NCBI GenBank assembly: GCA_034520565.1
Contig: JAXHNL010000002.1
Span: forward strand, 64,001 to 128,000
Reading direction: 5' to 3'
DNA from: Halodesulfurarchaeum sp.
Lineage (GTDB): Archaea; Halobacteriota; Halobacteria; Halobacteriales; Halobacteriaceae
Length of the DNA stretch: 64,000 nucleotides
How positions within the stretch are numbered: the first letter of the stretch is position 1; every line of letters begins with the position of its first letter. Shown here in pieces: positions 20,804 to 31,123 of the stretch. A program made the translations under genes and the position numbers. The notes under the pieces are model-generated. The model saw only the letters and a list, made by a program, of their open reading frames with translations, ran no database searches and was not told where the DNA came from.

Positions 20804-21370
20804 ATGAATCGCAGACGATTCGTCCAGGGACTCGCCGTCACCGGCGCCGCTGCACTGGCGGGGTGTTCTGCCCCGGTCGGAACCGAGCAGCTGGGAAACC
20901 CTGAGGTGAGCGAGGAGGATTCGGAAACCCACCTCACCTATCGTGACGGGAGCGATCGAGTGGCGACCACGTCCCTCCAGTACGGACCCATCGGTGTTGG
21001 CGATCCGATCCCGGTGCGACTCTCTGTGTGGCACCAGCGGGAAACCACGCTCACCGACCTGACTGTCACGTTCCGGAACCGCGATCCGACCGCAGTTCGG
21101 CCGTCGGTCTATGTCGGCGGGTTTTCCGGCTCGTTTCCCGCCATCTCCTACGGGATCGATCCGGACACCGACGGTCGGGTTCTCGAAATCCCGAACCTCA
21201 GCCGGGTCGGTGACGGCACGGTAACCCTGGACTGTTACGTGCGCGGGTTCGGCAACTGGCCACTCGATCTGGCCGTCGACGTGGCGTACGGCATCGACGC
21301 GGGGCTGACGAAGCGTTACCAGGTCGACGGAACGGTGGACCTCGAGATTCGGGATCCAAACTCGGACTGA
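20804..21370 (+). CDS. Hypothetical Tat lipoprotein
   Basis: MNRRRFV and LAGC; typical haloarchaeal coding composition. Confidence 0.75.
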   Translation: MNRRRFVQGLAVTGAAALAGCSAPVGTEQLGNPEVSEEDSETHLTYRDGSDRVATTSLQYGPIGVGDPIPVRLSVWHQRETTLTDLTVTFRNRDPTAVRPSVYVGGFSGSFPAISYGIDPDTDGRVLEIPNLSRVGDGTVTLDCYVRGFGNWPLDLAVDVAYGIDAGLTKRYQVDGTVDLEIRDPNSD

Positions 21371-21586
21371 GCGCAATCGAACGCGGACTAATGGCGAACA
21401 GGCGGGGCTGGTCGCCCGAAACGGCGTCCCGCGCTCCCGCGAAACCGTTCCGGGCCGGGGGTCAGGACATGGCCCGAACTGGCCCGGTTTCTGGTGATAA
21501 AGGTTGGGCCGCTCCCCCAGACAGGAGGTCGACTTACCGAGCGGGGCATCCGTCGGGTCAGCGCAGCCGCTCGACGGCGAAAACGT

Positions 21587-21927
21587 GGGTTGCGGGTCGT
21601 AAGCCCCCTTCTGTTTCGACCCGACATTCGGCTGAGCGTTCGCGCCATGAGCCGGACTACCTTGTGCGCGCGAACTTGCACCGGCGAGGGATGGCCGTTC
21701 CATCGATGCTCCGCCGTCGACCCTCGGTGGGTTAACTCGCCGCCGCTTTCCGGGGAAACCCGTGCTCGCGGCGGCTTCGCGCACCTCATCGGTCGGGCGA
21801 AGCCGTGTCGTTGCTGTTCCAGGGCCCGACGGTCTCCCGTCCCGGGCGTGTGCCCGATCGCCTGTCCGGCGGTGGGGGGACTTTCCTCATGTCCACGCGG
21901 GACACGGGAGTCGGGCGTCCGCTACCC
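21587..21927 (-). ncRNA. rnpB: RNase P RNA (archaeal type A)
   Basis: Minus strand has GAGGAAAGTCCCCCCA (5' P4), GGTGCAAG and AACAGAAGGGGGCTTA (3' P4), with terminal P1 pairing GGGTAGCGG/CCGCAACCC; ends approximate. Confidence 0.93.
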
Positions 21928-22076
21928 GGCGGATTTTCGACGTGGAGCCTCCTAAGCCGTTCGGTGGGCGGGGTTCGAAAACGGTTTTGGTTGTATTGGA
22001 GGGCCCAAACGGGATTTTGTTACCTCCAACGGTTTCTGAAAACGTATAAATAAACCACAAAGCGTTACATTACCCG

Positions 22077-23063
22077 ATGAGTGTGGATCGTCGCCCCAAC
22101 GGTCGCGATCCAGTCGCCGGCCCCGCCAACCCGGACCGAAATTGGGAGCAGGGACTGTCCAGACGCGCGTTTCTGGCCGCGACCGGAGCTGGCACCGTCG
22201 GCGCGATCGCTGGCTGTCTCGGCGGGCAAACGGACGTCTCGGTCCTCTCAGCCGGGAGTCTCGCGACGCTCTTCGAGTCCACGGTCGGCCCGGCCTTCGA
22301 GGCCGATCGGGAGTACGGCTACCGCGGGGAGTTCACCGGGTCGAACGCAGTCATGCGAATGGTCCTTGATGACCAGAAGCGACCCGACGTGATCGTCAGC
22401 GCGGACGCCTCGTTGCTCCGCACGCGACTCCCGGACTCGATCGCCCCGTGGGATGTCGTCTTCGCCTCGAATGCCCTCGTGATCGCCTACGGACCGGAAA
22501 CGGCCGTCGGCAATCGCCTCGAGGCCGGGGACCCATGGTACGAGGTGCTCCGCTCGGCAGACGCCGAAATCGCCATGTCGGATCCGGATCTCGATCCGCT
22601 GGGCTACCGGGCCGTGCAGCTGTTCGAACTCGCAGCGGACTACTACGACGAACCGGGGCTCGAGGACGACCTCGCCGGGAACCTGGTCGTGGACCCGAAC
22701 GAACCACACCTGCTGGCCGGTATCGAGTCGAAAAACCGGGCCGCCGCGATCGTGTACAGGAACATGGCCGTCGATCACGACCTGCCCTTTGTCGAACTCC
22801 CGGACGAACTCGATTTCTCGAACCCCGCGTACGCGGATCGGTACGCCGAGGCGACCTACACCACCGAGGACGGGACCACCGTCGAGGGGACCCCGGTGCT
22901 GTACAATCTGACGGTTCCGGAAACCGCCCAGCATCCGGCGGCCGGGCGAGCGTTCGTGTCCTACCTGCTGGGAAATCCGAACCTGCTGACGGAAAACGGA
23001 CTCGTCGTGACCGAGCGCTTCCCGGCTCCCAACGGCCCGGTGCCCGCGGAGGTGCTCCCATGA
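22077..23063 (+). CDS. wtpA: Tungstate/molybdate ABC transporter substrate-binding lipoprotein (WtpA/ModA-like)
   Basis: SRRAFL and IAGC; LSAGSL, G.S, PDVIVSAD, SDPDLDPLGYR, Y.LTVP. Confidence 0.85.
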   Translation: MSVDRRPNGRDPVAGPANPDRNWEQGLSRRAFLAATGAGTVGAIAGCLGGQTDVSVLSAGSLATLFESTVGPAFEADREYGYRGEFTGSNAVMRMVLDDQKRPDVIVSADASLLRTRLPDSIAPWDVVFASNALVIAYGPETAVGNRLEAGDPWYEVLRSADAEIAMSDPDLDPLGYRAVQLFELAADYYDEPGLEDDLAGNLVVDPNEPHLLAGIESKNRAAAIVYRNMAVDHDLPFVELPDELDFSNPAYADRYAEATYTTEDGTTVEGTPVLYNLTVPETAQHPAAGRAFVSYLLGNPNLLTENGLVVTERFPAPNGPVPAEVLP

Positions 23064-23896
23064 GCTACGCCGAATCGGTCAGGCGGATCTCCCGGGGCGA
23101 GTACGGCTTCGGCGGGCGAATGCTCCACGAAAACGGCGTCTTCGCGCTCCTCGGGGCGGTGCTTTTCGTCTACCTCCTCTACCCCTTCGTCTCGTTTTTT
23201 ACCTGGGGAGAGGGGCTGACACTCGGTGCCTTCTTCGAGCCGGGCGTCCTCGCGGCCGTCAAGTACTCGCTGCTCTCCGCACCGGTTTCCACGGCCATCG
23301 CGACGGTTTTCGGTGTTCCACTGGCCTACGTGTTGGCCCGGGCGAGTTTCCCGGGCAAGGTGATCGTCGACGCGCTGGTCGTCCTCCCGCTGGTCATGCC
23401 CCCGGTGGTGGGCGGCGTCATGCTGCTCACCGGATTCGGCCAGTTCACGCCACTGGGCGCGGCCGCGGCGTCGATCGGGCTTCCGCTCACGGATAGCTAC
23501 CTCGGCATCGTGCTGGCTCAGACCTTTGTCGCCTCGCCCTTCGTCGTGATCACCGCGCGGTCGGGATTCGCCGCCGTCGACCGGGAGATCGAACAGGCGG
23601 CCAGGAGTTTGGGGAAGGGCCCACTCGAAACCTTCCGGCTCGTCTCCCTGCCGCTTGCCAGGGGCAGCATTCTCGCCGGCGTCGTCCTGACCTTCGCCCG
23701 AGCGATGGGCGAGTTCGGCGCCACGATGATGACTGCCTATCACCCGACGACGATGCCCACCCAAATCTGGGTCACCTTCATTTCGGACGGTATCGCCGCG
23801 ACGGGCCCCCTCGTAATCGTGTTGCTGACGTTGGGCTTCCTCGTCGTGCTCGCTCTCCAGCTCGCCGGCAACCGCCTCTCCTTTGGTTCGCGATGA
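23060..23896 (+). CDS. wtpB: Molybdate/tungstate ABC transporter permease
   Basis: LPLVMPPVVGG, LAQTFVASPF, EQAARSLG, FARAMGEFGAT; ATGA overlap with wtpA. Confidence 0.88.
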   Translation: MSYAESVRRISRGEYGFGGRMLHENGVFALLGAVLFVYLLYPFVSFFTWGEGLTLGAFFEPGVLAAVKYSLLSAPVSTAIATVFGVPLAYVLARASFPGKVIVDALVVLPLVMPPVVGGVMLLTGFGQFTPLGAAAASIGLPLTDSYLGIVLAQTFVASPFVVITARSGFAAVDREIEQAARSLGKGPLETFRLVSLPLARGSILAGVVLTFARAMGEFGATMMTAYHPTTMPTQIWVTFISDGIAATGPLVIVLLTLGFLVVLALQLAGNRLSFGSR

Positions 23897-24933
23897 CTCT
23901 CGAACTCGATCGACTCGAACGAACGTACGGGGACTTCACGCTTGGCCCCCTTTCCCTCACCGTCGAGCCGGGGGTCACGGCGGTGCTCGGCCCATCGGGG
24001 AGCGGCAAGTCGACGCTGCTCTCGCTCGTGGCGGGGTTCGAGTCCCCCGATTCCGGACGGGTGTTCGTGGACGGGCGCCGGATCGACACCCGACCGCCGG
24101 AAGAGCGCTCGGTGGGGATGGTGTTCCAGAACTACGCGCTTTTCCCCCACCTCTCGGTCCGGGAGAACCTCGCGTTCGGAGCGAGCGAGGACGGGTCCAT
24201 CGAGTCGACGGCCGAACTCCTAGAGATCGATCACCTCCTCGACCGCGACCCCGGGACCCTCTCGGGCGGGGAGGCCCAACGGGTGGGCCTGGCCCGTGCG
24301 CTGGTCTCCGAGCCGTCTGTGCTCCTTCTCGACGAACCGCTTTCGAGCCTCGACGCCCCGATCCGGCGGCGACTCCGGCTCGAACTGCGGGACGTGCTCT
24401 CGGACCTCGAGATCCCGGTGGTCTACGTGACACACGATCAGGCCGAGGCCGCGATCGTGGGGGACCGGTTGGCACTCCTCAAAGACGGCGATCTCGTTCG
24501 CGAGGGGGCGACCGAGGCGGTCTTCGAGCGTCCCGAACACGCCTTCGTCGCCGAGTTTCTCGGCATGGAGAACTGCTATCCAGCGACGGTCGTCGAAACG
24601 AACGGTAACGGGACCGTCCTCGAACTGGGCGACACGACACTTCGGGCTGCAGGGGAGCCGCCGTCTCCACCCATAACCGTGGCGATCCACCCGGAAGCCA
24701 TCGATCTCGAACCGGCGGGCAGTGACCCCGGGGAGGACCAGAACGCGATCCCCTGCTCGGTCTCCAGGATCCGGACCCGGCAGACCGGGGCGACCGTCGT
24801 GCTCGAAGGGCAGGGGTTCGGTCGGCTCACCGCGTCGGTCGGCAAAGGAGTCGCCGCGGGTTTCGAGGTCGGGGACGCGGTGCAGGCCTCGGTTGCCCCG
24901 GCTGACGTGCACCTCACTCGCCGGGATCGCTGA
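23893..24933 (+). CDS. wtpC: Molybdate/tungstate ABC transporter ATPase with C-terminal TOBE-like domain
   Basis: GPSGSGKST, VFQNYALFPH, LSGGE, LLDEP, VTHD. Confidence 0.88.
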   Translation: MTLELDRLERTYGDFTLGPLSLTVEPGVTAVLGPSGSGKSTLLSLVAGFESPDSGRVFVDGRRIDTRPPEERSVGMVFQNYALFPHLSVRENLAFGASEDGSIESTAELLEIDHLLDRDPGTLSGGEAQRVGLARALVSEPSVLLLDEPLSSLDAPIRRRLRLELRDVLSDLEIPVVYVTHDQAEAAIVGDRLALLKDGDLVREGATEAVFERPEHAFVAEFLGMENCYPATVVETNGNGTVLELGDTTLRAAGEPPSPPITVAIHPEAIDLEPAGSDPGEDQNAIPCSVSRIRTRQTGATVVLEGQGFGRLTASVGKGVAAGFEVGDAVQASVAPADVHLTRRDR

Positions 24934-26074
24934 ACGGAGTCACGCGCTCGCTGTCGCGCTCGGCACGATCGATGGCCGCGTCGAGATCGAATTCCCTGAC
25001 AACCACCCCGTCCTCGATGACGGGTTTCAAAAGCGCCGTCCCCCCGGAGGGGCCTACCCGGTCGACGAGTGTCACGTGGTGTCCACCGTCCGGGGTACGG
25101 TAAACCTGTTTTTTCCCCGAGAGTTTCCCGCGCTTTGCCGCCGGTTCGCCTTCGACCTCGACGATGTCGAGGGCGAAGTCCACGGGATCGGCGTTGCTCA
25201 CGTACCCACCGACCCCGAATCCGTCGACGTGTTCGCGGAGTTTTCGGAGGTCCGCCGGCCCCAGGCCGCCGCTCACGAAGATGTCGACGTGATCGTGGCC
25301 ACGGGCTTGAAGTTCCCAGCGGGTCTCGCGAACGATCCGTTCGAAGTCCCCCCGCCGGGAGGCGGTGGTGTCCAGTCGGACGCTGTCGAGATCGTCCCCG
25401 AGCGTTTCGACGGCCCGAAGAACCTCGTCCACCTCGTCGGAGTAGGTGTCACAGAGTGCAACCCGCGGGGCGTCCTTCGGCACGGCCTCGTCGTAGGCCC
25501 GCCAGGCAGCCTCCTGATTACCCCGACCGAAGCAGATCAACAGTGCGTGGGGCATCGTTCCGGCGGCCTCCCGGCCCATGAGTTCGCCGGCAGCGACGTG
25601 CGAGAAGCCGTCCATGCCACCGACGAGTGCCGAACGCTCGACCACGCCGGCGATCGAGGGGTGGACGTGGCGCGCACCGAAACTCAGCACCTGAGTGTCG
25701 CCCGCGGCCTCGGCGACTTCCAACGCCTTCGTGGCGATTCCACTCGCGTGAGAGAGAAAACCCAGCAGTGAGGTCTCGAAACGGGCGAAATCGAGGTAGT
25801 TCCCCTCGATCCGCATGACCGGCCCGCCGTCGAACAGGGTCCCCTCCGGGAGCGCCCAGACGTCTACCGGGTGGTCTTCGAGGAGCGCCACGGCGTCTTT
25901 GACCCCGGCAAGGAGCTCGAACTCGCCGTCGGGGAACTGATCGGCGGTTACCTCGGCGACGACCTGAGGGTTCCGACCGGCAGCCTCGAGGGTCTCGACG
26001 GTCCGGTCGAAGTAGGCGTCGGTGGCGTCGCCGGAGGCGATCTTCGCCGGCGAAATAATGTCGAAGTCGGTCAT
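24914..26074 (-). CDS. pncB: Nicotinate phosphoribosyltransferase
   Basis: TDAYF, SFGARH.HP, GTMPHA, DSVRLDT, VSGGL, DGFGVG, AKRGK. Confidence 0.93.
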   Translation of the reverse strand: MTDFDIISPAKIASGDATDAYFDRTVETLEAAGRNPQVVAEVTADQFPDGEFELLAGVKDAVALLEDHPVDVWALPEGTLFDGGPVMRIEGNYLDFARFETSLLGFLSHASGIATKALEVAEAAGDTQVLSFGARHVHPSIAGVVERSALVGGMDGFSHVAAGELMGREAAGTMPHALLICFGRGNQEAAWRAYDEAVPKDAPRVALCDTYSDEVDEVLRAVETLGDDLDSVRLDTTASRRGDFERIVRETRWELQARGHDHVDIFVSGGLGPADLRKLREHVDGFGVGGYVSNADPVDFALDIVEVEGEPAAKRGKLSGKKQVYRTPDGGHHVTLVDRVGPSGGTALLKPVIEDGVVVREFDLDAAIDRAERDSERVTPFSDPGE

Positions 26075-26177
26075 CCGAGACGCCTCCAGAGGGTGTGCAT
26101 AGTGGCCCTACCACGGCCCGGGCGAAAAACCCTGCTCTCCCGGGCGGCATCACCGGACCGGTCCCAAATGGGCCACG

Positions 26178-26597
26178 TTACCGGACGATCATGACTGGCA
26201 CGGGTGAGCGGCGAAAGACGCGTTCGGCGACGTTTCCCGTCAGGAGCCGGTCGGCGAGACTCCCTCCGTGAGCACCGAGAACCACCACGTCGTAGTCCTC
26301 GGCCCGGTTCACGATCGCCCGGGAGGGATGGCCGACTTCGATCACCGTCCCGATGTCGGTATCGTACTCGGCCGCGATCTCGGCCGCCCGATCGGTCACC
26401 GGTTTGGCGATCTCCCTGGCTTTCGTCTCGATGTCATCGGCCAGCGCGAGTTCGGTGGCCTGGCCCATCATCGGCGAGGGTTCCCCCACGACGTGCAGGA
26501 CCGTCACCTCGGCCTCAGGGTAGGACTCGAGGGCGTACCGGAGTGCCTGTTCGGCCATCTCCGAATCGTCCATCGGCACGAGCGCGCGATCGATCAT
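26178..26597 (-). CDS. Universal stress protein
   Basis: LVPMDDS, VLHVV, G.P..AI, VLGAHG...G.VAERV.RRSPVPV. Confidence 0.92.
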   Translation of the reverse strand: MIDRALVPMDDSEMAEQALRYALESYPEAEVTVLHVVGEPSPMMGQATELALADDIETKAREIAKPVTDRAAEIAAEYDTDIGTVIEVGHPSRAIVNRAEDYDVVVLGAHGGSLADRLLTGNVAERVFRRSPVPVMIVR

Positions 26598-26655
26598 AGC
26601 TGTTGCTACGGGCGGCACGGAAATAAACCAGGTGGCTGCTCTGGAAACCGACTCG

Positions 26656-28188
26656 CTAGCTGGATTTTCCGGCCCCCGCCCGAACGGCGTCCAACTCGCT
26701 CACGGTCGGCGCGTTGACGATCGTGACCGTCGTTCCCTGGCGCCGGATCGAGAAGCCGTCCTCGAAGGGACCTTCGAAGATGCGGTAGACCGATTCGCTC
26801 CCCTCGACGGCCGTCCCGCCGTGGTGGCGGAGCAGTTCGAGGTAGGCCTCCCGGAACTCGCGAGCGTCGGCGTCAGTGGCCCATTCGATCTTCCAGACGT
26901 AGCCTGTCTCGTCCGTACTCGGGGAGTCCTCGCGGACGTAGGGGAGCAGTTTGTCGCCCTTCCACCCGGTCGTCGTCGGGTGGGCGTAGTTGTACGCGTC
27001 GAATTCGTTCTCGGTCTGGAAGAAGTGCCGGTAGGGGATGACGACGTCCGTCGCCGTTCCAGTTTCGGCGGTGCGGGCATAACTCGGGTACCAGAGCATC
27101 GCGTACAGGCCCGCTTCGCCAAATGCCGCGTGGTCGATGTTCCCCTCGCCCTGGTCGGGCACCCACCACGCAGCAGTCGAGCGATCCTCGATCGTCACCG
27201 TCAGCGGCGAGTCGAGCAGGTATTTCTCCGTGTGGATGGTCTGCGTGCTGCTCTCCGGGGGGTTCTCGTAAACGGCGTTCACGCCCGCCCAGCCGGACTC
27301 CTCGCGGATGCCGGCGACGAAGGGCGGGCCGTCGCTATATGGCTGGTAGCGGAGGGCGAACAAGCCGATATGCCGGTCGCCGCCGCTCCCGCCACCTCCG
27401 CCGGTACGCTCGGGCATCACGAGATCCGCCGCATATCGCTGTTCGTAGAGATAATCGACGTAGTTCCCGTCGCCCTCGATGATACCGAGGGCGGCGTTGC
27501 GGGCCTCCTCGGTGTCATAGTGCCACTCCGAAACCGCGAAGTGCTCCTCCTGGACGGCGTGGAAGAGCTCCTGAGCCAGCGTGACTTCGTTCATCTGCAG
27601 CGGCGGCCCGCTGTCCGAGACGATCGTAATGCTGTGCGAGCTCGGGGCGTAGTACCCCATCACGCCCGTCGCCCGGTTCTCCTCCTGCTGCCCGATGGCG
27701 CTTTCCCCCTCCCCGATGAAGAAGAGGGCCTCGAATTTCACGTCCTGGTGGAGCGTCTGGTTGTCTGATGGGTCACTCCCACCGGTGGTCTGGTTACGCC
27801 ACTCGGTCCGGTCGATGATCCGAACCTCGACTGAGTCCTCGAATTCGAGTTTCCGGATCGCCTCGACCCGGGCCTGGCCCCTCGCGACGACCGCCTCGAG
27901 TTCCGAGCGGTTGAGCCCGTCACTCGGGTCCACCGCCAGCGTTTCGTTGTGCCAGTAGCCGGCTTCCCACCCGAGCCGGTCGGTCGTCGGTTCCGGCGGG
28001 GGGTCGTCGGTTGGCGTGGGATCGAAGGCGGGCGTCCCATCGGGCGTTGTAGACGTTCCCGTCCCAGGCGGCGGGGACGTCGTCTCGGGTGCCACCGGTG
28101 ATGCCGGTTCCGCCGGAGCGGGGGCGGAAACACACCCCGCTCCGACGAGAAGCAGGGCGACGGCGAAGACGGCGAGCGCCCGACGCAT
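26656..28188 (-). CDS. Hvo_1808 family surface lipoprotein
   Basis: Lipobox GAGC, Pro/Thr linker, LGWEAGYW.N, ARVE.IR.LEF, LAQELFHA.Q, EGDGNY, PYSDG, W.GD. Confidence 0.88.
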   Translation of the reverse strand: MRRALAVFAVALLLVGAGCVSAPAPAEPASPVAPETTSPPPGTGTSTTPDGTPAFDPTPTDDPPPEPTTDRLGWEAGYWHNETLAVDPSDGLNRSELEAVVARGQARVEAIRKLEFEDSVEVRIIDRTEWRNQTTGGSDPSDNQTLHQDVKFEALFFIGEGESAIGQQEENRATGVMGYYAPSSHSITIVSDSGPPLQMNEVTLAQELFHAVQEEHFAVSEWHYDTEEARNAALGIIEGDGNYVDYLYEQRYAADLVMPERTGGGGGSGGDRHIGLFALRYQPYSDGPPFVAGIREESGWAGVNAVYENPPESSTQTIHTEKYLLDSPLTVTIEDRSTAAWWVPDQGEGNIDHAAFGEAGLYAMLWYPSYARTAETGTATDVVIPYRHFFQTENEFDAYNYAHPTTTGWKGDKLLPYVREDSPSTDETGYVWKIEWATDADAREFREAYLELLRHHGGTAVEGSESVYRIFEGPFEDGFSIRRQGTTVTIVNAPTVSELDAVRAGAGKSS

Positions 28189-28288
28189 GTCTCCCGATGG
28201 GCGTGGCGGCCTAAAAATCCTGCCGCCCGGGGCAACCAGCGCGCGGATCGGACCAACGGTTTTGCCGCTCCCACGCGTACAGACGGCC

Positions 28289-28861
28289 ATGCAGTTCGAT
28301 CCTGCCGCGACGGCCATCGTGGTCGTGGACATGCAAAACGACTTCTGTCACCCGGATGGGGCCCTCTACGCCGAAGCGAGTGAGGCGGTTATCGAGCCGA
28401 TCGCCCAGCTGGTCTCGCGGAGCCGCGAGGCCGGTGCCCAGGTCGTCTTCACCCGGGACGTTCACCCACCTGACCAGTTCGAAGACGCCCACTACACCGA
28501 CGAGTTCGAGCGCTGGGGCGAACACGTCCTCGAAGGTTCGTGGGGCGCCGAGATCGTCGCGGATCTTTCGGTCGAGGAAGACGACCACGTCGTCGAGAAG
28601 CACACCTACGACGCCTTCTACGGGACCGATTTCGAGACCTTCCTCGAGAAAAACGGGATCGAGGACCTGCTCTTCGTCGGCACTCTCGCGAACGTCTGCG
28701 TGCTTCATACCGCAGGCAGCGCCGCGCTACGGGACTACAAGCCCGTCCTCGTGTCCGACGCCGTGGGCTACGTCGACCCCGATCATCGGGACTACGCACT
28801 CGAACACGCCGAGTGGGTGTTCGGGGAAACGGTCACCCGCGAAGCGATCGAGTTCCAGTGA
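28289..28861 (+). CDS. pncA: Nicotinamidase/isochorismatase-family cysteine hydrolase
   Basis: VVDMQNDF, D.H, H...GSWG, EKHTYDAF, GTLANVCV; near pncB. Confidence 0.85.
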   Translation: MQFDPAATAIVVVDMQNDFCHPDGALYAEASEAVIEPIAQLVSRSREAGAQVVFTRDVHPPDQFEDAHYTDEFERWGEHVLEGSWGAEIVADLSVEEDDHVVEKHTYDAFYGTDFETFLEKNGIEDLLFVGTLANVCVLHTAGSAALRDYKPVLVSDAVGYVDPDHRDYALEHAEWVFGETVTREAIEFQ

Positions 28862-28867
28862 TCCCGC

Positions 28868-29689
28868 TCAGCCGAGTTCGACAGTCACGGACTCGTCGAC
28901 GGAGAAGTCGACGTCAGGACAGATGAGTTTCGCACTCGTGTCCTCCCGGCCGAGAATGAACGACAGTCCAGTGATCGCCTCGCCGTTCGCCCGGACGGTC
29001 ACGTCCGCCCACTCGACGGTCCCGGAGCCGGTGGCGATTTCGGTCCCGAGGAGAACAGTCGGTCCGCCACCAGCGTCGCCGCCCATCGAGTGCAAGCCTC
29101 CGGTCTCGTAGTGGGGAATCCCGCCGTCGAGGACCATTCGACCCGAATCGTCGGCGATGCCGACAAACCGCTCGCCCGGTGCGGGGTGCGTGGGGGAATC
29201 GAGGATCGCGTACGTGTCGCCGACCGCTCGAACCCTGCCGGTCCCGTCCCAAGCGACGCCGCCGATCGGCACGTCGAGCCCGACCGGTAGCGAGCCGCTC
29301 GCCCGGATCGGGTCCGTGCCGTACTCCCGGAACCCGAGGTGGACGTGATTGTCCACCCACGGGGCGAAGTATCCCGAACGGACGAGCGTGCCGAGGGTCT
29401 CCCCCAGTTCCACCGTCTCACCGGCCTCGAGGACCGGGTCGACGTGGAGGATTCGGGCGAGTTCGCTGCCCGTGTCGACGACGATCAGGTGATCGTGCTC
29501 CGCGGCATAGATCCGGCTCGGCGCGTTCGTGGTCCGGGTCTCCACGACCCTCCCGGCGACCGGGCTCGGGGCCCGTTCGGTGCCGGGGTAGAGGTCGATG
29601 GCCCGACCGTCCCGATGGGCCCGATAGGGCGAGTTGTAGCGGGCCACCCGCGGAAACGGGTCCAGAGCAGCAGATCCCAGCGAAACCAT
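28868..29689 (-). CDS. Conserved haloarchaeal hypothetical protein with M23/LytM-like motifs
   Basis: YNSPY.AH..G.AIDLYP, SPVAG.V, ARILHV, GTL..SG, NHVHLG. Confidence 0.75.
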   Translation of the reverse strand: MVSLGSAALDPFPRVARYNSPYRAHRDGRAIDLYPGTERAPSPVAGRVVETRTTNAPSRIYAAEHDHLIVVDTGSELARILHVDPVLEAGETVELGETLGTLVRSGYFAPWVDNHVHLGFREYGTDPIRASGSLPVGLDVPIGGVAWDGTGRVRAVGDTYAILDSPTHPAPGERFVGIADDSGRMVLDGGIPHYETGGLHSMGGDAGGGPTVLLGTEIATGSGTVEWADVTVRANGEAITGLSFILGREDTSAKLICPDVDFSVDESVTVELG

Positions 29690-29815
29690 GTGCTGGCTTG
29701 GTGTCGTGAGGGATTCATCCCTTCGATCCCGGTCGCCCGACACGGGTACCGACGACCGGTTCGCCAGTCAGTCCACTCCCGGCACCTTTAGGCCCGTCCC
29801 CGGGGAAAGTGGGCC

Positions 29816-31096
29816 ATGCGCGTCATTCGGAACGCGACCCTCCCCGACGGCCGCGAGCGGGACGTCGCGATCGACGACGGGACCATCGCGGCGGTCGGCG
29901 CGGAACTGGCCGGCGAGACGCTTGCCGACGCGAGCGGCAAGTGGCTCTTCCCGGGCATGATCGACGTCCACGTTCACTTCCGGCAGCCGGGGTTCCCCGA
30001 AAAAGAGACCTGGACGACCGGGAGTCGGGCCGCGGCGGCCGGCGGCGTGACGACCGTCGTCGACCAGCCGAACACCGATCCTCCGACCGTCGACGGCGCG
30101 AGTTTCGACCGGAAAGCCGAGTTCGCCGCGGATTCGCTCGTCGACTGGGGGCTCAACGGTGGGGTTACCCCGGACTGGCAGCCCACGGAACTGTTCGACC
30201 GCCCGCTTTTCGCCCTGGGTGAGGTCTTTCTCGCGGACTCGACTGGCGACATGGGAATCGAGGGGTCGCTCTTCAAGACGGCCCTCGAACGGGCGACCGA
30301 CGCGGGCGTCGTGACGACGGTCCACGCCGAGAACGCCGGTTACTTCGACGAAGGCGTGACCGGCCGGGAGGATCCGGCCGCCTGGAGCGATTTTCGGCCA
30401 CCGCAAGCGGAGGTCGTCGCCATCGCGCAAGCCGTCGAGGCCGCGACCGAACGCGACGCCCAACTCCACGTCGCTCACGCGAGCACCCCCGAGGGGATCG
30501 ATCAGGCCGCTGCGGCGGGTGCCACCACCGAAGTCACCCCGCATCACCTCTTCCTCTCGACGGACGACTGCGAGGACCTGGGCACCTTCGGACGAATGAA
30601 CCCGCCGCTCCGGGACGAAACCCGGCGACTCGCGGTGTACGACCGCGTCGCCGACGGGACCGTCGACGTGATCGCGACCGATCACGCGCCCCATACCCGC
30701 GAGCAGAAGGACACTGACATCTGGTCGGCCCCGAGCGGCGTCCCGGGGGTCGAGACCGCCCTCCCCCTGCTGCTCGCCGAGGTAAAAGCGGGGCGACTCG
30801 AAGCCGAACGCGTGCGGGATCTCACGGCCCGCAATCCAGCACGGATATTCGGCCTCCCGAGAAAGGGGCGGATCGAGGCGGGAACGGACGCCGACCTCGT
30901 GCTGGTCGACCCGACAGCCGAGCGGGAGATCCGGGGCGGGGACCTCCACGGCAAGACCGACTGGACCCCCTTTGCGGGCATGACTGGCGTGTTTCCCGAG
31001 ATGACGATGGTCCGGGGGTCGATCGTCTGGGAGAGCGCAGATCCGACGGAGGCGGAGGGGTCATTCGGCGACCCAGTCGGTCAGAACGTCCGTTGA
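29816..31096 (+). CDS. pyrC: Dihydroorotase
   Basis: PG.IDVHVHFRQPG, AAAGGVTTVVDQPNT.P, HAE, EVTPHHL, MNPPLR, TDHAPH. Confidence 0.93.
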   Translation: MRVIRNATLPDGRERDVAIDDGTIAAVGAELAGETLADASGKWLFPGMIDVHVHFRQPGFPEKETWTTGSRAAAAGGVTTVVDQPNTDPPTVDGASFDRKAEFAADSLVDWGLNGGVTPDWQPTELFDRPLFALGEVFLADSTGDMGIEGSLFKTALERATDAGVVTTVHAENAGYFDEGVTGREDPAAWSDFRPPQAEVVAIAQAVEAATERDAQLHVAHASTPEGIDQAAAAGATTEVTPHHLFLSTDDCEDLGTFGRMNPPLRDETRRLAVYDRVADGTVDVIATDHAPHTREQKDTDIWSAPSGVPGVETALPLLLAEVKAGRLEAERVRDLTARNPARIFGLPRKGRIEAGTDADLVLVDPTAEREIRGGDLHGKTDWTPFAGMTGVFPEMTMVRGSIVWESADPTEAEGSFGDPVGQNVR

Positions 31097-31123
31097 ACCG
31101 CTGCCGATTGGTGGAACCGTGCC

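Noticed and set aside
21388-22053. Several ORFs between the lipoprotein gene and wtpA
   Set aside because: Region is occupied by RNase P RNA
27545-27585. QELFH in place of HExxH in the Hvo_1808 protein
   Set aside because: Probably a normal family variant; cannot be shown unusual without an alignment
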